Shown here piece by piece: positions 43,617 to 52,262 of a stretch of DNA of 64,000 nucleotides (position 1 is the stretch's first letter; each line of letters starts with the position of its first letter). This DNA is from Acidobacteriota bacterium (GTDB lineage: Bacteria > Acidobacteriota > UBA890 > WLXD01). The stretch spans positions 3,424,001-3,488,000 of the forward strand of contig CBDFKD010000002.1 in NCBI GenBank assembly GCA_965248695.1. Reading direction: 5' to 3'. Under the pieces are notes generated by a model. That model was given only the letters and a program-made list of their open reading frames with translations, had not been told where the DNA came from and did no database searches. The translations under genes were made by a program, and so were the position numbers.

Positions 43617-43862
43617 CAAGCACCGTCGAGAGCACCGCCACCGCCAGGCCACGCGTTGCGTGGGGCATCAAGATACTTCATCCCTTTCCGCCACCGCCCC
43701 CTAGCTTTGGCCAGAGCACCATGGAACATTCGTGAGGTGACGGTTGGGGCACCGTGACGATGCGCTATTCGCGCGAGTTCGGGGGGACAATCGAACGTGG
43801 GGTGCGGAGCTCCGTCGGGTGTGAAGTGCGTCATCACACGCTCATCCGAAGCGGAGCGATAA

Positions 43863-45146
43863 GTGTCGGGGGGCATCGCCGGCCCGCATAGGGCGCCGGA
43901 TGTAGTCGTGTTGCCGCCGGACGGCGCGGCTGCCAGGGCCGCCGGACTGCAGTTACCCGGCGTTCCGCTCGCCGAGGCCTTCGTCAAGAGCATGGCGTTG
44001 CCTAACGTCGATGAGCCGGTGTTGCGCGAGGTCGTCCGGCTTCAGGTCAAACACGGCCTGAACGGGGCCCGGGGCAAGCGCGTGATCTCGTGCCGGCGGC
44101 GCGATGCCGGCGACCGTACGCTCGTGCTGATCACTGCCGTGGTTCGGCAGCGCGGCCGAGTTGCATTGCCGCGGCCGTGGTTGCTTTTCGGCGCTGCGGC
44201 ACGCGCAGGGCTCGTCGACCGCGGGAAGAACTCGCTACTCGTTTATCGCGACGACGCGCAGCTTGTCGCCGTGTCCATCGAGGAGGGCGAGATTGTCTTC
44301 GTACACGGATTCGGTGCCGACGCCAACCTGCGGCAGCAGCTCGAGGTGTCAGCGCAGGCGGTCTACCTCCGTCGCCGTAGGCGGCCACTGAAGATCGATC
44401 GCGTCATCGTTTGCGAGGGGGCCGATCAGCTACGCGAGCCTGCCGCCAGCTTGGCCGGCGCCGAGGTCATCAGTGTCTTCTGGCTACAGCTCGCCGTCCA
44501 TATCGCCGGCGCCGCAGTGCCCGAAACGGATGCGCGGGTCGATCCGGCGCGCTGGTTGCCGATACCGGTACATTCCCGCGCGATTGTCGCGGCACCCAGC
44601 GCAATGCTCGTGGTGCAAGAAATCCCGCGGATTGCCCGCTCCCTGCTAGCGGGGCGGCCACGCCGCGGGTTCCAGAGGCTGGTAGCGGCCGCCGTGGTCG
44701 CGGCGGCGATTCCGTTGCTCGCGCTTCAGGTCATGACCAGCCTGGCGGCCAGGCGCAGCGCCGGCTTGGAGGACGCGCTGCAGCGGCTTCAGCCTCAGGT
44801 ACAGACCGTGCAGGCGCTGCGTTCACGCAACGCGGAGCTCACGCAGCTCACTACGGGCACCGGCGCCGCCATCATGGCAGGTCGTGATTGGCATCGCCTG
44901 ATGGCGGCCCTCGACACGTCGCGCCCAGACGGACTTCGCCTCTCGAGCCTGGAGGGCGCGCGCGCCGAGCGGTGGAGCATTGCCGGCCGGGCCGACGACG
45001 TCCGAATGGTCGGTGAGTTCGTCGACCGCCTGTCGGCCACTGGACTGGTGGCCGACGTGAATCTCACACTCGAAGAGGAGCCTGCCGGCGGCACCGGATT
45101 CGCGGTCGGATTCCTCATGGGCCCCAAGGAGCGGCTCGATCCATGA
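43863..45146 (+). CDS. PilM/PilN (GspL-like) fusion-type assembly protein
   Basis: Cytoplasmic domain, TM, coiled coil, W..LMAAL....PDGLRLSSL, IAGRA; ATGA overlap with the secretin. Confidence 0.6.
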   Translation: MSGGIAGPHRAPDVVVLPPDGAAARAAGLQLPGVPLAEAFVKSMALPNVDEPVLREVVRLQVKHGLNGARGKRVISCRRRDAGDRTLVLITAVVRQRGRVALPRPWLLFGAAARAGLVDRGKNSLLVYRDDAQLVAVSIEEGEIVFVHGFGADANLRQQLEVSAQAVYLRRRRRPLKIDRVIVCEGADQLREPAASLAGAEVISVFWLQLAVHIAGAAVPETDARVDPARWLPIPVHSRAIVAAPSAMLVVQEIPRIARSLLAGRPRRGFQRLVAAAVVAAAIPLLALQVMTSLAARRSAGLEDALQRLQPQVQTVQALRSRNAELTQLTTGTGAAIMAGRDWHRLMAALDTSRPDGLRLSSLEGARAERWSIAGRADDVRMVGEFVDRLSATGLVADVNLTLEEEPAGGTGFAVGFLMGPKERLDP

Positions 45147-46987
45147 GACGACGGAAAGCCAACGTGAGCCTCGTGGCGGCGCTCTTGTTGACGATGCTCT
45201 CGTCGGCCGCGCTGCCGGCCAGCGGGCAAACTGCCGCGGCCGCATCGCAAGATCAGACGCAACAGGCGGTGACACCGGATCCCGAGCCACTTCCCGAACA
45301 ACAGCCCGCCGAGTGCATCCAGTTCGATTTTCGCGGCGCCAGCTTGCGCACGGTGGTTCGTTTCGTTGCCCAGTTGAGCAATCTTGTCCCGATCATCCCG
45401 GAAAGCCTCGTCGGCGTGGTGACCATCTCGTCACCGCGTCGGCTCAGCCTGTCCGATGCGCAGCGGGTATTGGGTGCTGTGCTCGACGCGTACGAGTTCA
45501 CCCTCTTGCGGGACGACCACTTCCTCCGTGTGGTCCCCAAAGCGGTGTCGATGCAGCGCTCGGTCGATCTGTTCTACGGCCGTGATCTCGACGCGATCCC
45601 CGCCGACGATCGCATCATCACGCAGATCATCCCAGTCGAGAACGCTCGCGCCGCCGGCATCGTCGATTCGTTGACGCCGCTGATCTCGACCACGGGCCAC
45701 ATGTTCGTCAGCGCCGAGAACAACATGCTCGGGATCACCGACTCGGCATCGAACGTGCGCCGTCTGCTCGGGATCATCCTGCACCTCGACGTCGAGCGTG
45801 CCGCGGTGAGCTCAACGTACACCCGCGTCTACAACATCCACTATCTCAAGGCCGAGGAAGTGGCCACGGCGCTTCAGGCCGTGTTCGGTGGCGGCACCGC
45901 AGCCACCACCACCGGATCCGCGGGCACCGCAGCCGCCACTACCGCGCCGGCCGCCGCCCCGCCGAGCACCCTCGGCTCCCTCGCCGCGGTGGCCAATCCG
46001 GCGACACCGGCGGCTCAGTCGACTGCTTCGCCGGCTTCTGTCCCAAACCAGGGGACTCGCATCACACCGGTGATCGCCGCCAACGCCATCATCGTTACGG
46101 CGATGCGCGAGATACACCGCCAAATCGAGGATACGTTGCTCGCTCTCGACACGCGGCGGCGGCAGGTGTTGATCGAAGTGAAGATCATCGAGGGGACTCT
46201 GTCACGCGAGACTTCTACCGGCATTAACCTGCTGGAGTTCATCTTCGCCACCGGAGCCGGCCTGCACACGATCACCGGCGGTGCCGACACCTCTAGTCCA
46301 TATGTCAACTACACGCTCAACTCCAATCAGCTCGATGTGGTGCTCACCGCAGCCGCAGCGGATGACACTATCCGGATCCTCTCGGCGCCACACGTGCTCA
46401 CATCTGACAATCAGCAGGCGCGCATCGTCGTAGCGCAAGAAGAGCCCATACTGACCTCGGTAACCGACCTGGCAGCGCAGACAGCGGGGCCGCGAACCGT
46501 GAGCTCCTTCGAATACCGCGACGTCGGTATCGAGCTCACGGTCACCCCGCGTATCAATGAAGACCGCGACGTCGATCTCGAGGTCGACTTCAACATCACC
46601 AGCCTGCTGGCGAACGTCGCATTGCCGGGCGAGACCTTCGCGCCCCGGATCGGCAAGCGCGAGGGATCCAGCAAGGTGACCGTGATGGACGGCAGCACGC
46701 TGGTCATCGGCGGGCTGATGAAGGACGACTATCGAGATCAGCGCCAGAAGGTGCCGATCCTGGGAAGCATTCCCATAATCGGGCGCTTGTTCTCGACCGT
46801 GCGCCAGGTCAAAGATCAGACCGAGTTGCTGGTGCTGGTCACGCCGCGGGTGGCAGAAACCGACGCGGAAGGTGTGCGCCTCACCCGTGAGGCCGAAGAA
46901 GGGATGGAGGCTCGCTTCCCGGACGCGCGGACGAAGAGCGAGTCTGAAACCGCCAAGGAGCAACAACCCCAGGAGCAGCAACGCTGA
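45143..46987 (+). CDS. gspD: GspD/PulD-type outer-membrane secretin
   Basis: FDFRGASL N0 domain, repeated N domains, QVLIEVKIIE, ILSAPHVLTSDNQQA, YRDVGIELTVTPRI, KVPILGSIPIIGRLF. Confidence 0.93.
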   Translation: MRRRKANVSLVAALLLTMLSSAALPASGQTAAAASQDQTQQAVTPDPEPLPEQQPAECIQFDFRGASLRTVVRFVAQLSNLVPIIPESLVGVVTISSPRRLSLSDAQRVLGAVLDAYEFTLLRDDHFLRVVPKAVSMQRSVDLFYGRDLDAIPADDRIITQIIPVENARAAGIVDSLTPLISTTGHMFVSAENNMLGITDSASNVRRLLGIILHLDVERAAVSSTYTRVYNIHYLKAEEVATALQAVFGGGTAATTTGSAGTAAATTAPAAAPPSTLGSLAAVANPATPAAQSTASPASVPNQGTRITPVIAANAIIVTAMREIHRQIEDTLLALDTRRRQVLIEVKIIEGTLSRETSTGINLLEFIFATGAGLHTITGGADTSSPYVNYTLNSNQLDVVLTAAAADDTIRILSAPHVLTSDNQQARIVVAQEEPILTSVTDLAAQTAGPRTVSSFEYRDVGIELTVTPRINEDRDVDLEVDFNITSLLANVALPGETFAPRIGKREGSSKVTVMDGSTLVIGGLMKDDYRDQRQKVPILGSIPIIGRLFSTVRQVKDQTELLVLVTPRVAETDAEGVRLTREAEEGMEARFPDARTKSESETAKEQQPQEQQR

Positions 46988-47082
46988 GCGACGCGACCAG
47001 GTCAGCGCCAACGGCGGGCCCCGGAGGGCGACCCGCCGGCTTCCCGAGGCGTCGGATCAACGGCCCGGCCGAGGCCCTTCTG

Positions 47083-48792
47083 ATGGCGGCGCTTGTCGCC
47101 AGCGCATGTGGTGGTCCGTTCGATCTCACCGCGCCGACCGGCGCGATCCTCGTGATCAGCGCCAACCCGACTACGATTGCGCTGTTCACCGGTCGCTCGA
47201 CGATCACCGCGCGCATTACCAAGCCCGACGGTAGCGCCGCTCTCGACGGTACGCTTGTCACCTTCACCACGACGACCGGCACAATCGCGGAGCGTGTCGA
47301 GACCAAGGGCGGCGTAGCCAAGGCGGAGCTCGTCGCCGGCGACCGTCCGGGCACCGCCGACGTTACCGCTACCTCTGGCACCATCGTCGACTCCAGCAAC
47401 GAAGTAACGCCAAAATCGGCGACGGTCTCGGTGCAAATCGGCAGTACGCCGAATACGGTCAACATCGTCGCCAATCCCACGGAGTTACCGCCCATCGGCG
47501 GGGTTTCGTTGATCACCGCAGTGGTGACGGATGCCAGTGCCGAACCGGCAGCCGATGTCCCCGTGACGTTCTCCACCACGGCGGGCGAGCTCAACCCGGA
47601 TGGCGCCGTGGTTCGAACGGACGGCAACGGCAAGGCAAAGGTACGCCTGCGGACAACCGTGTCGGCGACGGTCACCGCAACGGTCGGCAGCCTGACCGTC
47701 GTCTCGGTAACCGTCGACGTCAACTCATCGCCGCCAGTTCCGGTAATCAGTTTTTCGCCGACGACGCCCAGCGCCGGGAAAGAGGTCCGCTTCAGTGCTA
47801 TCGGAACCACGGCGGCGAGCTCGATCCGGCGGTACGACTGGGAGTTTGGCGACGGCGCGGCCGCAACCGGGGTGGCCGCTGCGAACGTCTATGCGAACGC
47901 CGGCGACTTCGTAGTCACCTTGTCGGTCACCGACACCAACGGCCTGGTCGGAGTCGCGACCGCGCCGATCACGGTCGGACAGGGCGAGCCGCCCATCGCG
48001 AGCTTTACTTTCTCGCCCGGCGTCGCCACGGCCGAAGAACCAGTGTTATTCGACGGCTCGAGCTCAACCGATCCGGACGGCCAGATCGTCGAATATTCCT
48101 GGGGCTGGGGCGACGGCACGAGCGGCGACGTCGGTCCGTTGCCAACCGCTCAGCACATTTTCTCGGATCCTGGTAGCTACACCGTGCAGCTTACGGTTCG
48201 CGACGATCAGGGACTCAGCGGCAGCGCCAGTCAGACCGTCACGGTACCGGGCGGCAACGAACCGACGGCGAGCTTCACGTTCTCCCCGAGCGCGCCGGCG
48301 CTGAACCAAACTGTGACTTTCGACGGCGGCTCTTCGACCGACGAAGACGGAACGATCGTGCAGTATTCGTGGAATTTCGGCGACGGTACCAGTCCCGCAG
48401 TCTCGGCCTCGCCCATCGCCACCCACGCGTTCACTCAGAACGGTTCGTTCACCGTGACGCTCACCGTCACAGACAACGAGGGGCTAACGGGCACCGCGAG
48501 CAGCAGCGTCACCTTGGGCGGGAGCCAAGCGCCCACAGCCAGCTTCACCTTCTCGCCAAGCAAGCCGAGTATCGGACAAACGGTGACCTTCAACAGCTCC
48601 GCATCGTTCGACCCGGACGGCCAGATCGTGGAGTACACCTGGGACTGGGGCGACGGGAGCAGCCCGGTCGTGACTTCCAGCGCCACGACCCAGCACTCGT
48701 TCTCTGCCGCCGGCACCTTCAGCGTGAAGCTCACGGTGCGGGACAACGACGGGTTGGTCGGCGATGTCACCGTTTCGGTGACCGTGAGCTGA
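47083..48792 (+). CDS. Lipoprotein with two Ig-like (Big_1-like) and four PKD domains
   Basis: LVASAC lipobox; VTFTTT.G / VTFSTTAG Ig repeats; four P.ASF.FSP...Y.W.(F/W)GDG...LTV.D..G repeats. Confidence 0.85.
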   Translation: MAALVASACGGPFDLTAPTGAILVISANPTTIALFTGRSTITARITKPDGSAALDGTLVTFTTTTGTIAERVETKGGVAKAELVAGDRPGTADVTATSGTIVDSSNEVTPKSATVSVQIGSTPNTVNIVANPTELPPIGGVSLITAVVTDASAEPAADVPVTFSTTAGELNPDGAVVRTDGNGKAKVRLRTTVSATVTATVGSLTVVSVTVDVNSSPPVPVISFSPTTPSAGKEVRFSAIGTTAASSIRRYDWEFGDGAAATGVAAANVYANAGDFVVTLSVTDTNGLVGVATAPITVGQGEPPIASFTFSPGVATAEEPVLFDGSSSTDPDGQIVEYSWGWGDGTSGDVGPLPTAQHIFSDPGSYTVQLTVRDDQGLSGSASQTVTVPGGNEPTASFTFSPSAPALNQTVTFDGGSSTDEDGTIVQYSWNFGDGTSPAVSASPIATHAFTQNGSFTVTLTVTDNEGLTGTASSSVTLGGSQAPTASFTFSPSKPSIGQTVTFNSSASFDPDGQIVEYTWDWGDGSSPVVTSSATTQHSFSAAGTFSVKLTVRDNDGLVGDVTVSVTVS

Positions 48793-48826
48793 TCGGCGTC
48801 GGCGACGCGCACGACCGGGGGGCTAG

Positions 48827-49081
48827 TGGCCTATAACAGATGATCGTTGCATGTCGTGGTGGCGAAATGGGTCCGGATGCCAAGCGCGACGACGAGACGA
48901 TGCTGGCGTCATCGTGCAGGAGGAGAGACGCCGCCATCGCCCGTAACTCCCACTTGCCCGAAGGGTCACGCCAGACCCATCACAGTCTCACCACGGCCTA
49001 CTCACATCGCTTTCCTCACCGCGCCTTGATCTCAACCGCAAATCCCATCTGCGACATGCAACGATCATCTGTTACAGGCCA
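48827..49081. mobile_element. MITE-like element (255 bp), 30-bp TIRs, flanked by CTAG
   Basis: TGGCCTATAACAGATGATCGTTGCATGTCG (48827-48856) vs reverse complement of 49052-49081, 1 mismatch; CTAG at 48823-48826 and 49082-49085. Confidence 0.75.
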
Positions 49082-49840
49082 CTAGATCAGCTCAGTTTGC
49101 AGCAGGTCGCGGGCGCGGCTGACACTCGTGCTCGACAACGAGCGCTCGATGAACCCACAAAGCAGCCCAATGAGTGCTGCGATCTCGGGATGCTCGACGA
49201 AGCGCCAGGTCTCCATCGGCCCGATGCCCAGCACTACGGTCTTGGTCGAGAACAGCACCCCCACAGCCAGACTGCAGACGCCGGCAAAGATCAGACGCGC
49301 CCACGGCTCGAACAAACTCCCGCCGCCGATCTGCACATCGTCCAGCCGCAGCCTCAATCGCCGTGCCCCGAAAGACAGCCAGGTGCCCGCCTGACACCCG
49401 ACCCACACGAATAGGAAGTTGGTCCACTGCTGGTGCTCGCGAAAGAGCGTGTTCATCAGCAGCGCGATTACCAGCGGCGGCACGCCCAGGATCAGCGCGC
49501 GCACGCCGAGCCGCAGCAAATAGTCGTTCTTGAGACCGTTCATCACTTGGGCAGTCAGCTGATCTCTGAAGACCTCCAGCGCCCTCCTCGCCAACCCGGG
49601 TTGGGCGTTGTCGCCCTCGAGGCCCGCTTTGGCGAGCACGAATAGCTCGCGGCGGTAGCGATCGAAATCCTCACCTGACGACGAGAATACCGCACGGATC
49701 GCACGCAGCATGCGATTGATCTCGTCCATTAGACCGAGCTGACTCTCCGGTACCGCGGCGATATCGCCACCGCGCATCTCGAAATGAATCTCGGCCGGTG
49801 CCGAATCATCGACCGTAACAATGAAAGCGCCTCTAGACAT
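49082..49840 (-). CDS. Hypothetical membrane protein (soluble N-domain + ~4 TM)
   Basis: Helical N-terminus then four hydrophobic segments; co-directional with the pilus arm. Confidence 0.7.
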   Translation of the reverse strand: MSRGAFIVTVDDSAPAEIHFEMRGGDIAAVPESQLGLMDEINRMLRAIRAVFSSSGEDFDRYRRELFVLAKAGLEGDNAQPGLARRALEVFRDQLTAQVMNGLKNDYLLRLGVRALILGVPPLVIALLMNTLFREHQQWTNFLFVWVGCQAGTWLSFGARRLRLRLDDVQIGGGSLFEPWARLIFAGVCSLAVGVLFSTKTVVLGIGPMETWRFVEHPEIAALIGLLCGFIERSLSSTSVSRARDLLQTELI

Positions 49841-49864
49841 TGACTTCTCCAAATCGATCGTTGG

Positions 49865-50305
49865 TCACATTCGCAGCAGCAACAGGGCGTGATATCCCAG
49901 CAACATCACGTAGCCTGCCGCCAGGATTCCCAGGCCTGTCAGGCCGACACGGAAGTTCTGATGGATGGCCAGCAGCCAGACTCCGACCCCGGTGATCAGT
50001 AGCTTGACGGCCAGAAAGGCGCCGTAGCCGCCGCGCAACGTCCAAGCCATCAGCGGATTCGCCTCGGCGCCGCCCTCGTCCAGCCACAGCATGGTCAGCA
50101 GCGCATCACCGGCACTACTTAGCACTACGAAGATGGCGATCGTCGCGACCAGCCGTCGGGGCCTGTCGACGTACCGATTGCGGACGTCATCCGGGCGCCG
50201 TCCGCCGCTACGGCCGCCGCGCCATCGGAGGCTACCGAGCAGCGTGGTCGGTCGGGCGCGCCGGTCGACTCGCCGACGTCGGTCGGAGTGGGGCTTTGGG
50301 CCCAT
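49865..50305 (-). CDS. DUF5658-like membrane protein
   Basis: DRRRRVDRR N-terminus, YVDR, DALLT...G.EANPLM, FLAVKL; GAGG RBS. Confidence 0.7.
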   Translation of the reverse strand: MGPKPHSDRRRRVDRRARPTTLLGSLRWRGGRSGGRRPDDVRNRYVDRPRRLVATIAIFVVLSSAGDALLTMLWLDEGGAEANPLMAWTLRGGYGAFLAVKLLITGVGVWLLAIHQNFRVGLTGLGILAAGYVMLLGYHALLLLRM

Positions 50306-50315
50306 GGATACCTCG

Positions 50316-50744
50316 CTAGTAGTTAGGCGGATAGAGCCGACTACCGCCAGAATTCAAGTAGCCCGTCACTTCGCCGTCCGGCGTGATCGCCAATCGTCCG
50401 TTCCAGCTCGCCCCTTTGACGCGGCGCGCGAAGGCGACGAAGTAGTCGTCGTCGCCGGTTCTGATGCCGTACTCGAACCGAGTGCGGGCCGGGGCGGCCA
50501 TCGAGTCAAGCACTCCCGATTCCTGCAGCTCATCGATCGAATCGGCATAGCGGGCGTTCTCGATCCAATAGAGTCGCTGGGCGGTCCATACTGACTCGAG
50601 ATGCGAGGCGGCCAGATCGAGCGCGGATTGCTCTACAACCTTCGTGTAGCGCGCCAGACCGTAGCTGCCGATGAGCACCGAAAGCGTCACGGTGATGGCA
50701 AGCTCAAGCAACGTGAAGCCGTCTTGTTCGGGTCGTCCTCTCAT
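50316..50744 (-). CDS. Minor type IV pilin (PilE-like)
   Basis: G|FTLLELAITV prepilin motif, AQRLYWIENARY. Confidence 0.85.
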   Translation of the reverse strand: MRGRPEQDGFTLLELAITVTLSVLIGSYGLARYTKVVEQSALDLAASHLESVWTAQRLYWIENARYADSIDELQESGVLDSMAAPARTRFEYGIRTGDDDYFVAFARRVKGASWNGRLAITPDGEVTGYLNSGGSRLYPPNY

Positions 50745-51137
50745 CGCCGCCGTCCGCCGCGACGACCGCCGCCATCCGTCGGACCTCCTCGACCTCGCGA
50801 ACCGCGGCCGCGATCCGGAGGCGAGAGCCCCGGTTCCTCGCGCACTACGACTTCAGCCCCGGCGCCGACCTGGACCAGAGCGCGCCACCCCATCTCGCCG
50901 GGCCCCACCGCCAGGATTCGAAGCGACGAGTTGAGCGCTGCCATGGCAGGCCTCTGGATCGAAGTCACGACGAGACGTTGCCCGTCATCCGAGATTCGAA
51001 CCTCGGTTCGATAGCGCTCCGTGAGTCGGTCCACGTAGCCCGTAGTGCGATGTACGGCCGGCCGTGCCCAACGCGACGATCGTGCTCGCAAGCAGCAGCA
51101 TCGCAATCTGTAATTCCAACAGCGACGAGCCCTTCAA
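50741..51137 (-). pseudogene. Frameshifted minor pilin/pseudopilin (or sequencing error)
   Basis: GGAGG + TTG gives MKG|SSLLELQIAMLLLASTIVALGTA, which stops after 50 aa; a plausible continuation (AVHRTTGYVDRLTERY...) is in another frame from ~51060 to the stop at 50741. Confidence 0.6.
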
Positions 51138-51155
51138 GGTACCTCCCAGCAGGCC

Positions 51156-52262
51156 CTAGCCTGGTCCAGAGGAAGCCTGGAACATCGGTAGATAAACCGA
51201 TGCCAGGATCACCGCAACGACAACACCCATGCCGACGACGATGAGTGGCTCCATGAGCCCAGTGACGCGTTCGACCTGAACCTTGACGCGCTCGCGGTAG
51301 AACTTGGCAATGTGCGCCAGCGACTCCGGCAGCGTTCCCGACTGCTCACCGATGCGCACCATGCTGATCACGAGGTCGGTGTAGAGCAACGTTTGTGTGA
51401 GCGCGTCGGCCAACGAGCTACCGCGTGCCACCCGGGCGTTCACGCTCTTGAGGGCTCCGGCGTACACGGCGTTGTTGTTGAACATTTCACGTACTGCGCG
51501 GAGGGCCTCCAACAATGGCATGCCACTGCGGAGCAAGAGCGAGAGGTTGGAGGTGAACTTCTCCATTGCCGTCTGGATAACCAGATCGCCGACAACCGGG
51601 GTCGCGATTAGGAGTACGTCCTTGACGTTGCGGCCGTTCGGTGTGCGCACGTAGCGTCGCAACAGGAACACGCCGACAATCGTGCCGCCGATCATCTTGA
51701 AGCCGTTGGCCTGCAGAAACTCCGACAGACCGACGACCCACTGAGTGATCAGCGGTAGTTCACCGCCCATGTCCTGAAAGAACTCGGCGAACGTCGGCAC
51801 CACCTTCCACAGCATGACGACGACACACAGTACCGAGATTCCACCGAGCACCGCGGGGTAGGTGAGCGCACCGATGACATCGCTGCGGATCTGCTTGGCG
51901 TTGCGGATGGTGTCGTTGAGCTCGCGAAGCACGAACGACAGCTGCCCAGAGAGCTCGCCGACGCGAAGCACCTCGATCCACTGGGGCTCGAAGGCCTTGG
52001 GGTGCGCCGCCGCAGCCTCTGCAAACGATCGCCCGGACGCCACCTGACTCGCAACGATGCGAAGGGCGTCTCGGAGGTGATCGCTCTCGGTTTGCGCCGC
52101 CGAGATCTGCAAAGCTCCGAGCAGCGGCGTACCCGAATCGAGGAGGATGCTGAGCTGCTCGAAGAATGTGATCTTGTCGTCGACGGTGGCCTTCTTGTGG
52201 CGCTTCGAGCGCACCCTGGCCAGCGCCTGGAAGCGCGAAGTCCCAGCGGCTGCGGTCGCCAT
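51156..52262 (-). CDS. pilC: Type II secretion F / PilC platform protein
   Basis: QLSILLDSGTPLL, GELSGQL, ALTYP, GEQSGTL, MEPLIVV, YLPMF. Confidence 0.93.
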   Translation of the reverse strand: MATAAAGTSRFQALARVRSKRHKKATVDDKITFFEQLSILLDSGTPLLGALQISAAQTESDHLRDALRIVASQVASGRSFAEAAAAHPKAFEPQWIEVLRVGELSGQLSFVLRELNDTIRNAKQIRSDVIGALTYPAVLGGISVLCVVVMLWKVVPTFAEFFQDMGGELPLITQWVVGLSEFLQANGFKMIGGTIVGVFLLRRYVRTPNGRNVKDVLLIATPVVGDLVIQTAMEKFTSNLSLLLRSGMPLLEALRAVREMFNNNAVYAGALKSVNARVARGSSLADALTQTLLYTDLVISMVRIGEQSGTLPESLAHIAKFYRERVKVQVERVTGLMEPLIVVGMGVVVAVILASVYLPMFQASSGPG

